Shown: positions 1 to 7,970 of the stretch, piece by piece
Numbering within the stretch: the stretch's first letter is position 1
How the letters are laid out: each line of letters starts with the position of its first letter
Assembly (NCBI GenBank): GCA_964572375.1
Contig: CAZNHF010000002.1
Span: 1 to 36,927 of the forward strand
Reading direction: 5' to 3'
Source: an uncultured bacterium
Lineage (GTDB): Bacteria; Joyebacterota; Joyebacteria; Joyebacterales; Joyebacteraceae
DNA: 36,927 nucleotides
Notes under the pieces: generated by a model
The model's input: the letters and a program-made list of their open reading frames with translations, nothing else
Database searches by the model: none
Told to the model about the DNA's origin: nothing
Made by a program: the position numbers and the translations under genes

Positions 1-763
1 GCGCGAGCACGCCGATCTCCACCGCATACTCCCGCTCGACGCGGGTGACGTTGATGTACCAGTTGCGTGCACCGTGTGCGATTTCTATGTCTTCGTAGCC
101 CGCGGGGCTATCGATATCGGTTCCAGTTACGTCGTAGACGCGAAGGATGAACCGGCTCGTCTCGAACTCTTGCTCGCCGAGCACGTCGGACAGCTCGCGG
201 CCGATCTCAGGGGCGAGTTCCCAGTACGAGTAGAGCCAGTACGGGTCGCGCACCATCAGCTTGACGATGTTCTCTCCGTAGCTCTCCGGATACGTGAAGT
301 GCGCGTCGAGCTCGGGCGACTTCTCCACGCCGAGGTAGTACTTCGCGGCCGTGACGCGCTGCTGCGTGCCGTTGGCCTGCGTCAGAGAGAACGCGCGGAT
401 CGTCCGCGGCGAGAGCGCCGGCACTTCGGGGGTGACGGCCTGCTTCCTGGACGGCTTCTTCTTCGCCGCCGCCTTCGGTGCGACCGACGACTTTGCAACT
501 TTCGCCTTTGCAGCCTTCACCTTTGGCGTGGCCTTGACCTTCGCCTTCGGCGCTGCGCTCGTCTTCTTCTTCGGCGCCGCCTTTGGCGCGGCCTTCGCGA
601 CCGACTTGCTCACGACCTTCTTCTTCCGCGCCGGTGTGGTCGAGCGCACGAGAAGATCGACGAGTTCACCCTTCTTCATGGAGGAGTACCCCACGAGTCC
701 AAGAGATCTCGCCTCAGCCTTGAGCTCAGCGATGGTCCGTCCTGTGAGATCTGTCTTCTTCAT
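1..763 (-). CDS. Protein with a Rho_N (SAP-like) domain, a Lys/Ala/Pro-rich linker and a DUF4912-like domain. Partial: the C-terminus runs off the window start.
   Basis: Absent from the ORF track because it is open to the window edge. Minus-strand translation from the ATG at 763-761 reads MKKTDLTGRTIAELKAEARSLGLVGYSSMKKGELVDLLVRS, which is the Rho termination factor N-terminal-type motif. A KAAPKAAPKKK...KVKAAKAKVAK linker follows. Then comes YPESYGENIVKLMVRDPYWLYSYWEL...RFILRVYDVTG, which is DUF4912-like. AGGGAGA lies directly upstream of the ATG. Confidence 0.8.
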   Translation of the reverse strand, partial: MKKTDLTGRTIAELKAEARSLGLVGYSSMKKGELVDLLVRSTTPARKKKVVSKSVAKAAPKAAPKKKTSAAPKAKVKATPKVKAAKAKVAKSSVAPKAAAKKKPSRKQAVTPEVPALSPRTIRAFSLTQANGTQQRVTAAKYYLGVEKSPELDAHFTYPESYGENIVKLMVRDPYWLYSYWELAPEIGRELSDVLGEQEFETSRFILRVYDVTGTDIDSPAGYEDIEIAHGARNWYINVTRVEREYAVEIGVLA

Positions 764-833
764 TGTCTCCCTGCACGCTTCGGTGCCCGGGGCGCACCAG
801 CGCAGTCGCCGGACACAGTTACCCCGTCGCTGT

Positions 834-862
834 AGTATGTTCTCCGGAAACCGCCGTGTCAA
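834..862 (-). promoter_or_regulatory. Candidate sigma70-type promoter for the Rho_N/DUF4912 gene
   Basis: The minus strand reads TTGACA (862-857), a 17-nt spacer, then CATACT (839-834). This lies about 70 nt upstream of the ATG at 763. The -35 hexamer is perfect and the -10 matches 4 of 6. Confidence 0.4.
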
Positions 863-1016
863 CCGTGCCGTGGGGATTCATGGAGAACTGACATTCGGGG
901 GCGGCGACGATCGGTCAGGCTCCAGACGGAGCCGGGCGAGAACGAAGCCGCACGGCGCTTCCAGGGACTCTCGGAGGGATGCACAGGATTTGCTACTCGT
1001 CCCGTTCGAGGTCGGG

Positions 1017-1967
1017 TCAGCGGTACATCGCCTTGATCGTACCCCAACTGGTTGACTCAACGGGCGTCGCTCCGCCGTTCAAGAAGAGGAGGTTCTCATA
1101 CCCCAAGCCTACTGAGAAGATGATGTCTGGGTCACCGTCTCCATCCACATCGAAGAGTTCAACCCCCCAAGCTCCGTCGATGCGCAGCTCCACTCCGGCG
1201 AGCAAGTCAGCATTGGCCACGAACTCGAACACCTGCGCTGATCCGATGTTCTCGAAGCACTCGGGTGCCGTATCGACAGTCACCCGCACGATGTCCAGAT
1301 CACCATCGCCGTCGAGATCGCCGAGGGCCACGCTCGGGATGGACCCATTGACATACGGAATCTCGTCAATATCCGAGTACCCCTCGAACTCCGGTGCGGT
1401 CGATGATCCCGTGTTGGGCGTGTACCGAATCCGCCCCCAGCCATCACAGACGAGGAGGTCCAAGTCCCCGTCGGCGTCCATGTCGGCAAGCTCAGGGATC
1501 TTCTCATACGTCCCGATATCGATGGCCTGGAAGACCGTCAGATCCTCTTCCCACTGCGGCATCGTGGGCGTACCGGTGTTCCAGTAGAACCTCTGGAATG
1601 TCTCGTAGTAGCAGCCCATCACAAGATCCAGGTCCCCGTCGGCATCGAGGTCGCCGAAGTCGCCACCGCGATTGCTGCAGTAGGTAACCTCACCGAACTG
1701 AGAGGAGTCGAGCTGCCAGAGAGGCTCGGTGGCACTACCGATGTTCCAGAACTGCTCGATCTGCTCCTCGATCCCCACGATCGAGATGTCGCAATCTCCA
1801 TCAGCATCCAAGTCCGCGGCGGCCATTCTGCTGCCGCAGCCTTGTGGCGCCAGTTCGTGCGCGGGGGTCCAGTAGATGGTCCCCGCGCAGACGACGGGAA
1901 CCGCCGTGAGAACCGCACAAACTAGCCCAGCTGCAATCGCTGTCATGTTCATCTTGTCCCTCCTCAT
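1017..1967 (-). CDS. Secreted FG-GAP/VCBS repeat protein ending in TSWGTIKAMYR
   Basis: The 316-aa ORF has a signal peptide (MNMTAIAAGLVCAVLTAVPVVCAG). It carries repeated D-x-D-x-D-G-D calcium-binding-like FG-GAP motifs: DLDADGDCD, DLDADGDLD, DMDADGDLD, DLDGDGDLD and DVDGDGDPD. GAGGAGGG lies upstream of the internal ATG at 1952, which is the more likely start. Confidence 0.85.
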   Translation of the reverse strand: MRRDKMNMTAIAAGLVCAVLTAVPVVCAGTIYWTPAHELAPQGCGSRMAAADLDADGDCDISIVGIEEQIEQFWNIGSATEPLWQLDSSQFGEVTYCSNRGGDFGDLDADGDLDLVMGCYYETFQRFYWNTGTPTMPQWEEDLTVFQAIDIGTYEKIPELADMDADGDLDLLVCDGWGRIRYTPNTGSSTAPEFEGYSDIDEIPYVNGSIPSVALGDLDGDGDLDIVRVTVDTAPECFENIGSAQVFEFVANADLLAGVELRIDGAWGVELFDVDGDGDPDIIFSVGLGYENLLFLNGGATPVESTSWGTIKAMYR

Positions 1968-2012
1968 TCTGGAGGAATCACTAGGCTGCTCCGCTCGCTT
2001 TGCGGCAGCACT

Positions 2013-2621
2013 CTATCGAAGTCCGCCAGCATCCGACTCCGCCAGCACAGCCTGCGGCGTGTACCATATCGTCAGCCGTGCCGCCCTCCACGTACCGCCT
2101 CCGGCAAGCGACGGCCGGATCACGGCTTCCTCTCCCACCGAGGGAACGAGGACAAATCCTCGATTGGTGGTTGAGTCATTGGCCCATGTCGCGACCATCT
2201 CGGTCACATCCAGGCGAACCAGCGACGAGTCGCCGGCGGCCACACCCCACATCGCGTGAAGACCGCGGTCGAAGGGCTCCTCGCCGCTCCCATCAAGCCC
2301 GGTCCAGTCAACGAGGCCTGCCTCCCAGTCCTCCGTCACGAAGTACGCGTTGAGGGTCAGACCTCCAACCTCGGAGTCACACTCAACGTCCGCCGAGAAC
2401 TCAGCCACGGCCAGCTCGATCCCTGCCTCAGCAAGATACTCCGGCAGGTCGAACCGCACCAAGTGCCGGGAGGGTGACTCCGCACCGTCATCAATCACCA
2501 TCGCCGTGGCTCCCGCCTCGATCTCCACCCTCGCGGCGTAGCTTGAACCCGCCACGCAGGCCAGCAGGACGAGGGCCACGATGGAGACTGTGTAGCACCG
2601 ACCGTACCATCCGTTCATCAA
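2013..2621 (-). CDS. Secreted protein with a tentative DNRLRE-like domain
   Basis: The 202-aa ORF has AGGAGGG 6 nt upstream of the ATG at 2618 and a signal peptide (VSIVALVLLACVAGSSYA). The motifs HLVRFDL, LNAYFVTEDWEAGLVDW and VRLDVTEMVATWANDSTTNRGFVLV resemble DNRLRE-type secreted domains. It starts 8 nt after the stop of the upstream C25 gene. Confidence 0.6.
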   Translation of the reverse strand: MMNGWYGRCYTVSIVALVLLACVAGSSYAARVEIEAGATAMVIDDGAESPSRHLVRFDLPEYLAEAGIELAVAEFSADVECDSEVGGLTLNAYFVTEDWEAGLVDWTGLDGSGEEPFDRGLHAMWGVAAGDSSLVRLDVTEMVATWANDSTTNRGFVLVPSVGEEAVIRPSLAGGGTWRAARLTIWYTPQAVLAESDAGGLR

Positions 2622-2629
2622 GGGCCCTC

Positions 2630-5600
2630 CTACTTCAAGAGTATCACTTTCTTGACCGATGTAGAACCCTGCGATATCAGACGGCAGAAGTACACGCCTG
2701 AGGCGACCTGCTGCCGGTCGTCACCACGGCCATCCCAGATGACATCGTGCCAGCCTAGCTCCATATCTGCGTCCACGAGCGTCCGTACACACCGGCCCGC
2801 CACATCATAGACCGACAGGGTGACATGCTGCTGAGCAGGGAGCCCGAATCGGAGCGAGGTCGTCGGATTGAACGGGTTCGGAGCGTTCTGGATGAGACAG
2901 AAGGGGATGATGTCAAGGTGCTCCTGCTCCGCGCCTTCTCCTCTGCTCGTCGGGTCGCAGGTGTCAGCCACGAGGAATGGATGCCAGTCCACGAGACCCA
3001 TGAACGAGCCGACGCTCGGGTTCGCGGTACCCCACCAGTTCGCCTCCGCCATGACAGTCGTCAGGCAGTACGGGTCGGCTCTCACACCGTAGCGGAGCCA
3101 CGTCCCGTCCACACAGTTGTAGCCGCCGTCGCCCATCGTGATCCCGAGGTTCGGAATCTCCGTCGCCGTGGCGTTCTCGATCCAGAACGCGTCCCGCACT
3201 CCGTCAATCACGTTGTTCCTCGGAATCGCTCTCGAGAGGTCAAAGTACATGCCTTTTGATGTCGGATGAAACTGCTCGACGAAAATCGTGTTCCCGGTGA
3301 CGTTGACGTCACTGTGAAGCCCTTGATCCTCGCACGCAATGCCGCTGGTCCGGGCGTTCGTGATCGTGTTCCCGGAGATCTCCAGAGTGTTCAGCTTCCT
3401 ATTGATGGTGCAGTCCAGCGAGATCCCGGAGAAGGGACCGCCGGATGCTGAAAACGGGAAACTGATCGTGTTGCCAGTGATGTCGGACTCGTAGTCGGAC
3501 ATCATGCGGATGCCGTAGCTTCCGCAGTCCGTGATCGTGTTCGAGTCGACCGTCGCATCGCACCAACCAAGGTAGAGCCCTGTCTCGGCATCCCTGATGT
3601 CGTTCCCTTGGATCAGGACATCCGCCGTGCCCTGCTGGCCGATGCACTTGATCCCGATGGCGTCGCACCCGGTAATCCTGCAATCCTGGACATGAATGCT
3701 GTCAGGCTGTTGAGCAGCGATACCGATGAAGGCATCTTCGATGATGCAGCCCACGAAGGAACTGTGGCTGCCGTAGATGGGTGTGATGCCGTACCAATCG
3801 CCCGGTGCCGGCGATGCGGCAGCAGACATGAAGCGAATGGGCGCAGTTGCGGTGTCACCGACCGCAGTGATATCGCCCTGGATGATGAGCTCGACGGCAT
3901 CTGGATCGACGCCGATCCCCTGATCGTCGTCGGTCGCCACACGCACCGTGGTTCCCGACTGGATGAGCAAGCCGGAGGAGCCGTCTACGATCACGTCACC
4001 GCTGAGAATGTAGTCACCCCACCAGGAGATGGTGGAACCCGTCGGGTACGCGCCAGACACCGGCGTCTCGTACACGCCCGTGTGACGTTCGTCGTGCTGG
4101 AACATGCTCCAACGAGATGGTTCACCGGTGAGAGGAAGCTCCCCGAGATCTAGGCAATGGAGCATGCCCACTCCATCGGCAAGCCATATCTCCAAACTGC
4201 CATCATCGTCTGTGTCGCGTACGGCCGGCGTGCCAGTTGCCATCCCCCAGAACAGGAGAGGTCTCTCTATCTCATCGAATGGCTCTAACGTGAGCGTCGA
4301 GGCCTCGAATGTGAGAACCTCGAGATGTGATGTCGTTTCCGCCTCGGCATCGAGCATCTCCTTGCGACACGAAATGGCGATGATCTCCAGATTGCCGTCC
4401 CCATCCAAGTCGGCCATTACGGGCTGCGTTGTGAACCCGCGGTCCGTGACGAACGAGTCGACAATTGACCCTGCGGAATCGATAACGTAGAGAACGCCTG
4501 CGCAGTCCTCAAGCGACTCGAGCGCGCGATACGTGGTCACCACAACCTCCGGTTCGCCGTCCGCATCCACATCACCGACGGCGACGCCCGCCGGAGCCCC
4601 AGCGAGATCGTATTTCCAGCACTCGTACCCGTGAGAACTCACGCACATCACCGTGCCTGCGGCGAACAGGACCTCGATCCCCGTTGAGTCTTCGACAACA
4701 TCGGCGGCAACAGGACTGCAGAAGAACTCGCCTACAGACTCCATAGACCAAAGCGTGGATCCGTCATCAGCAGCGTGCACCGAGATCGCCGAATCGTCGC
4801 CGCGCTGATATTGTGACGACCGATAAGAGGCGACAACCTCGCAACGGCCATCCCCCGTGATATCTACAGCGAGCGGCGCTCGCTCGAGAAACGACGCACT
4901 CACACTCGCTACCATGCAGGACACATCCCACACATCGCCGGTGCCGTCATGGTCAATGACTCGAACGCCATGCCGCGCCGGCAGGCCAGTTGTCTCCCAC
5001 TCGACGATGATCTCCAGATCACCCAGACTATCTTCTTCGCCCATGTCAGCCAGAGTGGCTGCCCCGACCAACCCTGGTACTTGGCGCGGCGACCACCCGG
5101 CGACCGCGTCTCCGTCGAGGCCGAGAGCATCCACATACCCGGTTCGCGTAAACACGATATCCTGTTCGCCATCGACGTTCAAATCGGCGATGGCGACGGG
5201 CCCGAGCAGCGCGGCTCCCGAGGGAACTGTGTAGGCCCACAGGCTCTCGGCAGAGGAAGATGAGAATGCGGCGATGTGGCCGGGGATGCGCGTGCCAGAT
5301 ACAACGTCATCCAGTCCATCTCCATCGATATCCACGAACACCGGTGCAACGCCCTCGACCCCCCACATGTCTCTCGGAAACCCGTCCCTCTCGAAATAGA
5401 CACAGACAGGGCGCTCCGCCTCGTTGTTAAGCTCGGATAGCTCGTCCTGCTCACCCTCGGGGTCGACGCGCACGCGAAGCTCGGTCCGGCCGATGTCCGA
5501 TTGGCTGGGCGTCCACTGGACGCTGGCGGTCTCCGAAGACCAGTCGCTTGGCTGCACGTCATCCCATCCGAGCGTGTCCCACTCAGCATTCTCCGGATTC

Positions 5601-7750
5601 CAGAGCAAGAAGAGCACGTCGACCGGTGTACCCGGAATGTAGTTGCTCTCGTTGCGGACCTCAATAGCGATGGATGTCGATACGCCAAACGACGGAGATG
5701 CCGGACTTAGCTCGATGTCCCGATCACGAACGATGTAGTCGGGTGCACTGGAGTAGCCTTGGGTTCCCGTGTCTGTCAGGAACAGGTCGAGGGCAGGGTC
5801 TCCGAGAAGGTTGTACATCAGATCGTGACGATACTGGGCCTCCGAATCCGTCCGCAACGACTGGAACTTCAGTTTCGCAAATGTGATGAAGTCACCGGTC
5901 CTCGTACAGCCGTGCTGATAGATCGACTCCCACACGTACATTCCGATGTCGCCCCAAACATTCGAGCAATTCTCGCTCGAACCGAAGAAACCGACTGCGC
6001 CCGTCAGACCAGCCTCTTGGTGCATCAGAGCCTCGCCGAGGCAGTCCCAAGGGCTCGCAGGAACATCGCTCGTGTACACATCGTATGCCCCTGTCCGGCA
6101 CGAGTAGTTCATCCAGAACGGGAGCTGCCCTCCGTTGTTTGTCAGCAGCGCGACATCTACCCGCTTGAAGGTGTCGCACTCGTGAGGGGCCCCGTGGGCG
6201 CACAGCTCAACCAGGTGCAGACCACCATTGATGCTGTCACGTTGTGCGGTCTGAACGCCCTGCTGCTTGATCAAGCACGTTACGCCGTCCTGCTCGACCG
6301 CATGAATCTCCGTCACAGCATGCCCGGATATCAGTGCCCGCGCCGAGTCGAATGCGGCGTATGCAGTGGCAACCTTGTTTGCGTCGGCGTCAGTGCAGAA
6401 GCCGGATGTCATGAGAATCCGATTTCTCCATTCATCCGTGGACGATGCGTCAACCTCGTAGCCGACGATCTTCTGAACCTCGCGGGCCAACTCTGTGACA
6501 TCGCTGACACACAGACGACCGATCATGAGATCCGGATGCAGGTCATCGTCTCCATCAACACACGAGTACCACAGATCGTTCGTGGCCCAGTTGGACGCAT
6601 TGACTTGTATCTCATGCGCGGGCAGCAAGCTGTCCGCGCCACCGTGGGCAGCGTCCCTGGCATCGCCGACAAGAAGCACGTACCCCAGCCTGCTGTCCTG
6701 CATGTGCTCCGCGCTCTCGGTCTCATAGAGCGACTGGATGAAGTGGCGAATCGCCACATCGCTAATCGTCGGTTGTCCGTAGTGATTCACGACAGTGGTG
6801 TCAGGCACGATGGCAACGTTGAACCCGTTGTATGTCGCCCGGTGCTCTGCCAAGCTCCCCAGGTAGGGCGACCCCATCAGTGAACCCTCGACGATCATGA
6901 GATAGTCCGTCAGACTGTCAGCGCAGGCTCCAACCGTGCGGCAGACACCCCATCTGCCCGGCCCGGCCGCCTCTCTCCAGCCAGCCGAACCAGCGCCATC
7001 GTATCCCAGTATCAGTGCCTCCGCGATCTCGCTGAACGGACCAAGGTTCTCAGACATCCCACCTGTTCCGCCAGTCAGCTCCAGCGTCACGACCATGGAT
7101 GGATAGACACGAAGCTGTGATGTCGTCGGATCAGTCTGCATGGGGTAAGCACCCAGACGCACGACCCCTTGACCCCTGAAGCTCCCAACGTCACCAATGC
7201 TCGTGGATGGGCCCGGGCAGTAACCGCTGCGCGAGTAGGCCTGTCCGTCGTAGGCAAACTCGTAGTCGATATACTCCCAACCTTCTTCGGTGTACTTCAC
7301 GACTGGTTCTTCCACCGGGTAGACGGTGCAATCGGTGAAGAGAAGAGAATCGAGCGCGACAGCGGAGACGCCAACCTCGCAACCGTTGGGGACGGCCACA
7401 AGCGTCCGCACAGCGGTGAGTGCAGGATGACCTATCTCGCCAAAGTCGAAGTAGCTGGGCAAGCTCAGACGCTTGAAGTTGATCGCGTCGTGTTCCACAG
7501 ACTCCACGAGGACTCCGGGCGTGTCGATTCTCAGCACGACGCGGCTCGCCTCGGCCGAGATCAGCTGAATCGTCGGCGCGGTTGGGGCCAGGGTGCGCCC
7601 GTCAAAGGAGACCCACCCGTCGCTCAACTCCGCCGCCTCCGCGTGCGAACCAGCGAGAGACATGAGGAAAGACGCCAAGACGATCGGGAAAACACCACGA
7701 CGGAGACACTCGATGGGAGAATCCGAACAGTGAGCGGAAGACACCATCAT
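2630..7750 (-). CDS. Giant secreted gingipain-like cysteine peptidase (family C25). Domain order: propeptide, catalytic domain, CARDB-like domain, FG-GAP/VCBS repeats, right-handed beta-helix (PbH1) repeats, T9SS/FlgD-Ig-type C-terminal sorting domain.
   Basis: The 1706-aa ORF has a signal peptide (FPIVLASFLMSLAGSHAEA).
- C25 motifs: YLMIV, GYVLLVGDA, NDLWYSCVDGDDDLHPDLMIGRL, catalytic His in ELCAHGAPHE (codon 6194-6196) and catalytic Cys in NYSCRTGAYD (codon 6098-6100).
- CARDB-like segment ending DELSELNNEAERPV.
- FG-GAP motifs: DIDGDGLDD, DVDADGEPE, DLDGDGNLE.
- PbH1-like repeats and EANWWGT.
- C-terminus: IQNAPNPFNPTTSLRFGLP...VASGVYFCRLISQGSTSVKKVILLK. Confidence 0.9.
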   Translation of the reverse strand: MMVSSAHCSDSPIECLRRGVFPIVLASFLMSLAGSHAEAAELSDGWVSFDGRTLAPTAPTIQLISAEASRVVLRIDTPGVLVESVEHDAINFKRLSLPSYFDFGEIGHPALTAVRTLVAVPNGCEVGVSAVALDSLLFTDCTVYPVEEPVVKYTEEGWEYIDYEFAYDGQAYSRSGYCPGPSTSIGDVGSFRGQGVVRLGAYPMQTDPTTSQLRVYPSMVVTLELTGGTGGMSENLGPFSEIAEALILGYDGAGSAGWREAAGPGRWGVCRTVGACADSLTDYLMIVEGSLMGSPYLGSLAEHRATYNGFNVAIVPDTTVVNHYGQPTISDVAIRHFIQSLYETESAEHMQDSRLGYVLLVGDARDAAHGGADSLLPAHEIQVNASNWATNDLWYSCVDGDDDLHPDLMIGRLCVSDVTELAREVQKIVGYEVDASSTDEWRNRILMTSGFCTDADANKVATAYAAFDSARALISGHAVTEIHAVEQDGVTCLIKQQGVQTAQRDSINGGLHLVELCAHGAPHECDTFKRVDVALLTNNGGQLPFWMNYSCRTGAYDVYTSDVPASPWDCLGEALMHQEAGLTGAVGFFGSSENCSNVWGDIGMYVWESIYQHGCTRTGDFITFAKLKFQSLRTDSEAQYRHDLMYNLLGDPALDLFLTDTGTQGYSSAPDYIVRDRDIELSPASPSFGVSTSIAIEVRNESNYIPGTPVDVLFLLWNPENAEWDTLGWDDVQPSDWSSETASVQWTPSQSDIGRTELRVRVDPEGEQDELSELNNEAERPVCVYFERDGFPRDMWGVEGVAPVFVDIDGDGLDDVVSGTRIPGHIAAFSSSSAESLWAYTVPSGAALLGPVAIADLNVDGEQDIVFTRTGYVDALGLDGDAVAGWSPRQVPGLVGAATLADMGEEDSLGDLEIIVEWETTGLPARHGVRVIDHDGTGDVWDVSCMVASVSASFLERAPLAVDITGDGRCEVVASYRSSQYQRGDDSAISVHAADDGSTLWSMESVGEFFCSPVAADVVEDSTGIEVLFAAGTVMCVSSHGYECWKYDLAGAPAGVAVGDVDADGEPEVVVTTYRALESLEDCAGVLYVIDSAGSIVDSFVTDRGFTTQPVMADLDGDGNLEIIAISCRKEMLDAEAETTSHLEVLTFEASTLTLEPFDEIERPLLFWGMATGTPAVRDTDDDGSLEIWLADGVGMLHCLDLGELPLTGEPSRWSMFQHDERHTGVYETPVSGAYPTGSTISWWGDYILSGDVIVDGSSGLLIQSGTTVRVATDDDQGIGVDPDAVELIIQGDITAVGDTATAPIRFMSAAASPAPGDWYGITPIYGSHSSFVGCIIEDAFIGIAAQQPDSIHVQDCRITGCDAIGIKCIGQQGTADVLIQGNDIRDAETGLYLGWCDATVDSNTITDCGSYGIRMMSDYESDITGNTISFPFSASGGPFSGISLDCTINRKLNTLEISGNTITNARTSGIACEDQGLHSDVNVTGNTIFVEQFHPTSKGMYFDLSRAIPRNNVIDGVRDAFWIENATATEIPNLGITMGDGGYNCVDGTWLRYGVRADPYCLTTVMAEANWWGTANPSVGSFMGLVDWHPFLVADTCDPTSRGEGAEQEHLDIIPFCLIQNAPNPFNPTTSLRFGLPAQQHVTLSVYDVAGRCVRTLVDADMELGWHDVIWDGRGDDRQQVASGVYFCRLISQGSTSVKKVILLK

Positions 7751-7806
7751 GATTGACCCCCTGTCGGCTGGACGGTCTTGGACAAGAGCATATTGATTAC
7801 ATATAT

Positions 7807-7838
7807 AGGATAGACGATGCCCCCCCCCCTATGGTCAA
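7807..7838 (-). promoter_or_regulatory. Candidate promoter of the C25 gene with a G10 tract inside the spacer
   Basis: The minus strand reads TTGACC (7838-7833), ATA, G10, CATCGTC, then TATCCT (7812-7807). That gives a 20-nt spacer. An AT-rich TATATATGTAATCAATATG follows. The element lies about 60-90 nt upstream of the ATG at 7750. Confidence 0.35.
7820..7829. repeat. Homopolymer tract C10 (G10 on the coding strand of the downstream gene)
   Basis: Read directly: gatgc ccccccccc t. It is the only homopolymer of this length that I saw in the window. Confidence 0.95.
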
Positions 7839-7970
7839 GGGGAATCCAGCAATATGGCTGCGCGTCTTCCGTCTACAGCCTGGAAACACTCGATCGGCAA
7901 TGAGGCAGTGCAGCTGTTCGGTACGGGGTGATTGTCCCCTTGCGGGTTGCGACGGCACTCCCACGATGTA

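Noticed and set aside
74-1055. Plus-strand ORFs 74-835 and 351-1055
   Set aside because: They are antisense or alternate frames of the Rho_N/DUF4912 gene. Their apparent repeats (LRR..., FGAA...) are the reverse-frame image of the Lys/Ala-rich linker.
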